Source: an uncultured Desulfobacteraceae bacterium (GTDB lineage Bacteria > Desulfobacterota > DSM-4660 > Desulfatiglandales > B25-G16). Taken from it: a stretch of DNA of 64,000 nucleotides. Position 1 is the stretch's first letter, and the number at the start of each line of letters is the position of its first letter. Both the position numbers and the translations under genes were made by a program. The notes under the pieces were generated by a model. That model saw only the letters and a list, made by a program, of their open reading frames with translations, was not told the DNA's origin and searched no databases. Where the stretch lies: the NCBI GenBank assembly GCA_964549945.1, contig CAZJXD010000001.1, positions 84,346 through 148,345 of the forward strand, written 5' to 3'. Shown here piece after piece: positions 61,290-64,000 of the stretch.

Positions 61290-63683
61290 ATGACCGAATA
61301 CAGTTTCATTGGTCCCGAGGCTCCCAGGCCGGATGCGCCCGATAAGGCAGCAGGCAAGGCCCTTTACATTCACGATCTCGCAAGGCCGAGGATGCTCTAC
61401 GGGAAGATTAAGTTCAGCGATTATGCCCACGCCAGGATAAAACACATCGATACCTCCAAGGCGGAGAGGGTGCCAGGGGTTCACGCGGTGATCACCGGGT
61501 ACAACACGCCCGAGATCAGGATTGGGTTTATAAGGGACAACTTCGTCTTGAAAAGGGATAAGGTCAGGCAGTTTCGAGATGAGGTGGCCGCAGTAGCGGC
61601 AATCGATCCTGATATTGCCGAAGAGGCAATAGGGCTGATCGAGGTCGAATACGAGGAACTTCCCGCCGTATTCTCCCCTGAGGATGCCCTCAAGGAGGGT
61701 GCCCCACTCGTTCATGAAGCGGATGTAAAGGGCCGGCCCAAGTCGGATAACCTGGTCCCCGTGCCCTGGAAATTCGTAGCGGGCGACGTTGAAAAGGCAA
61801 AACAGGGGGCGGCATACATTGCCGAGGATGAGTTCCAGACTCCCTTGATACAGCAGTCCTGCCTGGGAACGGCTGGCTGTATTGCGGAATTCGATCTCCA
61901 GAACAATCTGCTCATCCATACCAAGACCCAGATCCCCTTCCTGGCGCAGAACGATTTCAACCGTGCCCTCGCTGCCATGGGACTAAAGGGGAAGAATACA
62001 AGGGTCATCGTTCCAACCCTGGGCGGTTCATTCGGGACGGGGCTTGACACCCACAGCTATGAATACATTGCTATACTATTGGCGTACAAGACGGGGAGAC
62101 CGGTCAAAATAGTCTTTACGCGGGAAGAGGAGTTCACGGCCCTCTCACCCAGACAGCCTTCAAAGGCCCACATCATCCAGGGCTGCGATAGAAGAGGCAT
62201 GCTCACCTTTCGGGAGGTCAGGATGATCCTCGATAACGGCGCCTATACATCGTGGGGCGCGACCACACCGAGCGTGATGATGCTGCCCATCTCCACCCTC
62301 TACAGGGTTCCCAATGTCCTTTACGAGACCAAGATCGTCTATACAAACAACACCTACTGTCAGGCCATGAGGGGATACGGAAATCCCCAGGCCACCTGGG
62401 CCTTGGAGAGCAACGTGGATCAGCTCGCCGAGGCGGCTGGTATCGATCCTTTCGAGTTCAGGATGATAAACGGCAACGTACCCAACGAAACCTCCCCGAT
62501 GGGGCTGAAGATCACCACATGCGGCCTGAAGGATTGCATGGAAGCGGTGGCAGAAAAGCTCAAATGGAAGGAGAAACGGGGGAAGGAAAGAAGTAAGGCC
62601 CGGGGTGTGGGAATGGCCAGCCTGTTTCACGTGGGCGGTGCCGCCAGGGTTTACCGCTCGGATGGCACCGGCATCATCATGAAGCTGGATGATTTTGGCA
62701 ATGTCTCGGTCATCACCGGCGGGGTGGAGATGGGGCAGGGATTTGACTCCGCACTGACCTTGGCCTCTGCTGAGGCGCTCGGGGTGACACCGGACAAGGT
62801 CACGATCATATCAGGGGATACGGCGATCTGCCCGTGGGATGTGGGCACACATGCGAGTCGTGGGGCATTCACCGCAGGCAATGCCGCGATCATGGCCGCG
62901 GGCAAGGCAAGGGAGAAGATCTTTCAGCTTGCCTCGGAACATTTCATGCCTCGAGTACTCTCAAGCCTCAAAAAACAGGTGAAAAAGGACACTAGCTTTG
63001 AGATGCCCGATCTCGATTTCGAGAGGAAGTTCCTTTCCTCTGAGTTCGACATGAGGGAGAACCACATTTTCCTTAAGGAAGACCCGGACAACCCATTCCT
63101 TCGCGTCAGCCTCGAGGAGATCCTGAGGGCCGCCCACTACAAGGAGCACGGCACCATGATTGTCGCTGAGGCATTCTACGATCCCGCCAATGAAATGGTC
63201 GATCCGAAAACCAGCAGGGGAAATATCTCAACCACCTACATCTTCGGAACCCAGGGGGCAGAGGTAGAGGTAGATCGAGAGACCGGGAAGGTGAAAATCC
63301 TGAAGTTTGTGGCGGCCCATGACGTGGGCAAGGTGATAAACAGGCAGACGATCAAGGGACAGATCTACGGGGGGATTGCAACGGGCATGGGATATGCACT
63401 TTGCGAGGAGTACAAGACCGAGAGAGGCAGGAATCTAAACCCCAACTTCCTGGACTATAAGATTCTTTCGGCTCCTGATATTGACTTCCCCATTCACGTG
63501 GAATGCATTGAGACGAATGACAAGGCCGGTCCCTTTGGGGCGAAGGGGGTTGGCGAACCGGGCGATGTGCCCACCGCTCCTGCCATCGCGAACGCCATCT
63601 ACGATGCGATTGGGGTGAGGATCACGAGCCTTCCCATCACCCCGGAGAAGATCCTCGCTGCGTTGAGGGAAAAGAAGCAATAA
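61290..63683 (+). CDS. Molybdopterin-binding large subunit, xanthine dehydrogenase/CoxL family
   Basis: The ORF is 797 aa. It contains TLGGSFGTGLD, YCQAMRGYGNPQ and GEPGDVPTAPAIANAIYDAIG. The a/b hammerhead and Mo-binding domains are recognisable. Confidence 0.9.
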   Translation: MTEYSFIGPEAPRPDAPDKAAGKALYIHDLARPRMLYGKIKFSDYAHARIKHIDTSKAERVPGVHAVITGYNTPEIRIGFIRDNFVLKRDKVRQFRDEVAAVAAIDPDIAEEAIGLIEVEYEELPAVFSPEDALKEGAPLVHEADVKGRPKSDNLVPVPWKFVAGDVEKAKQGAAYIAEDEFQTPLIQQSCLGTAGCIAEFDLQNNLLIHTKTQIPFLAQNDFNRALAAMGLKGKNTRVIVPTLGGSFGTGLDTHSYEYIAILLAYKTGRPVKIVFTREEEFTALSPRQPSKAHIIQGCDRRGMLTFREVRMILDNGAYTSWGATTPSVMMLPISTLYRVPNVLYETKIVYTNNTYCQAMRGYGNPQATWALESNVDQLAEAAGIDPFEFRMINGNVPNETSPMGLKITTCGLKDCMEAVAEKLKWKEKRGKERSKARGVGMASLFHVGGAARVYRSDGTGIIMKLDDFGNVSVITGGVEMGQGFDSALTLASAEALGVTPDKVTIISGDTAICPWDVGTHASRGAFTAGNAAIMAAGKAREKIFQLASEHFMPRVLSSLKKQVKKDTSFEMPDLDFERKFLSSEFDMRENHIFLKEDPDNPFLRVSLEEILRAAHYKEHGTMIVAEAFYDPANEMVDPKTSRGNISTTYIFGTQGAEVEVDRETGKVKILKFVAAHDVGKVINRQTIKGQIYGGIATGMGYALCEEYKTERGRNLNPNFLDYKILSAPDIDFPIHVECIETNDKAGPFGAKGVGEPGDVPTAPAIANAIYDAIGVRITSLPITPEKILAALREKKQ

Positions 63684-64000
63684 CCTGATACCCGAGGGCT
63701 GCCAAAGATCGCCTTTCTCAACAAGCCTTTTATTCCGCCCGACATAACCCCGGTGCGGCCCTTCTTGCCCAAATCTTATACGATTTTTACTTAAAAGTGC
63801 ATATAAGGTGATTAAGAAATGGTTTCAAAAAACATTATCGCTATGAGCAGACGGATCGGAAGCCAGATACAGCATCGGATAGCAAATCTAATCTGTACTT
63901 TATTGAGATTTAAGAGTGGCTCGAGATCAATTGAATAGTGCGAATCCAGTTGCATGCAAGATGTTGTGTCCGTTAAAGATGATGCTCAATTCCATGTAAT

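Noticed and set aside
63828-63970. 47-codon ORF (MVSKNIIAMSRRIGSQIQHRIANLICTLLRFKSGSRSIE) after the Mo-hydroxylase genes
   Set aside because: It is short, has no RBS and no recognisable motif. The last 300 bp of the window look non-coding.

Overview
The window holds about 57 protein-coding genes. I saw no rRNA, tRNA or CRISPR array by eye. The gene content includes HdrA/MvhD-like and NfnB/GltD-like flavoproteins, an EtfA with a ferredoxin domain, a B12 radical SAM enzyme, an old-yellow-enzyme-type reductase and a Mo-hydroxylase. This suggests a strictly anaerobic diderm, possibly Desulfobacterota-like, but that is inference only. There are three zones. (1) 1-18.7 kb, almost all on the minus strand, is a cell-envelope island. 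It has two GT-C glycosyltransferase-like membrane proteins, a GT2 gene and a GT2 pseudogene, two secreted FecR-domain proteins, a TPR+beta-barrel outer-membrane protein plus a decayed paralog, PilZ and VpsT/CsgD-like LuxR genes, a B12 radical SAM enzyme and a 1,555-aa mosaic surface protein. (2) 18.7-24.5 kb is housekeeping: dinB, an EF-G paralog, an EndoIII-related gene, mltG and a lipoprotein. (3) 24.9-63.7 kb is an acyl-/aryl-CoA catabolic supercluster. It encodes an OYE-type FMN/FeS/FAD reductase, a soluble Hdr/Nfn-like flavoprotein module, an HAD/ECH fusion, a family III CoA-transferase, EtfAB, an acyl-CoA dehydrogenase, a GntR regulator, a split B12 acyl-CoA mutase plus epimerase, two CoA ligases, two TRAP systems and a three-subunit Mo-hydroxylase. 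Embedded at 45.4-55.6 kb is a compositionally mosaic stretch that contains an exact 2,012-bp direct repeat. The strongest leads are four. First, a 15-bp palindrome TGTATAC-N-GTATACA sits in three promoter contexts and is a candidate operator of the encoded GntR regulator. Second, the exact duplication has edges that cut the start codon of one small gene and truncate another. Third, a FecR / TPR-barrel / giant-adhesin module has a decayed paralogous copy and a shared 33-bp upstream box. Fourth, there are several MITE-like or structured intergenic elements, one with a 7-bp target-site duplication. All functional calls rest on motif and architecture recognition by eye. No database search was run.
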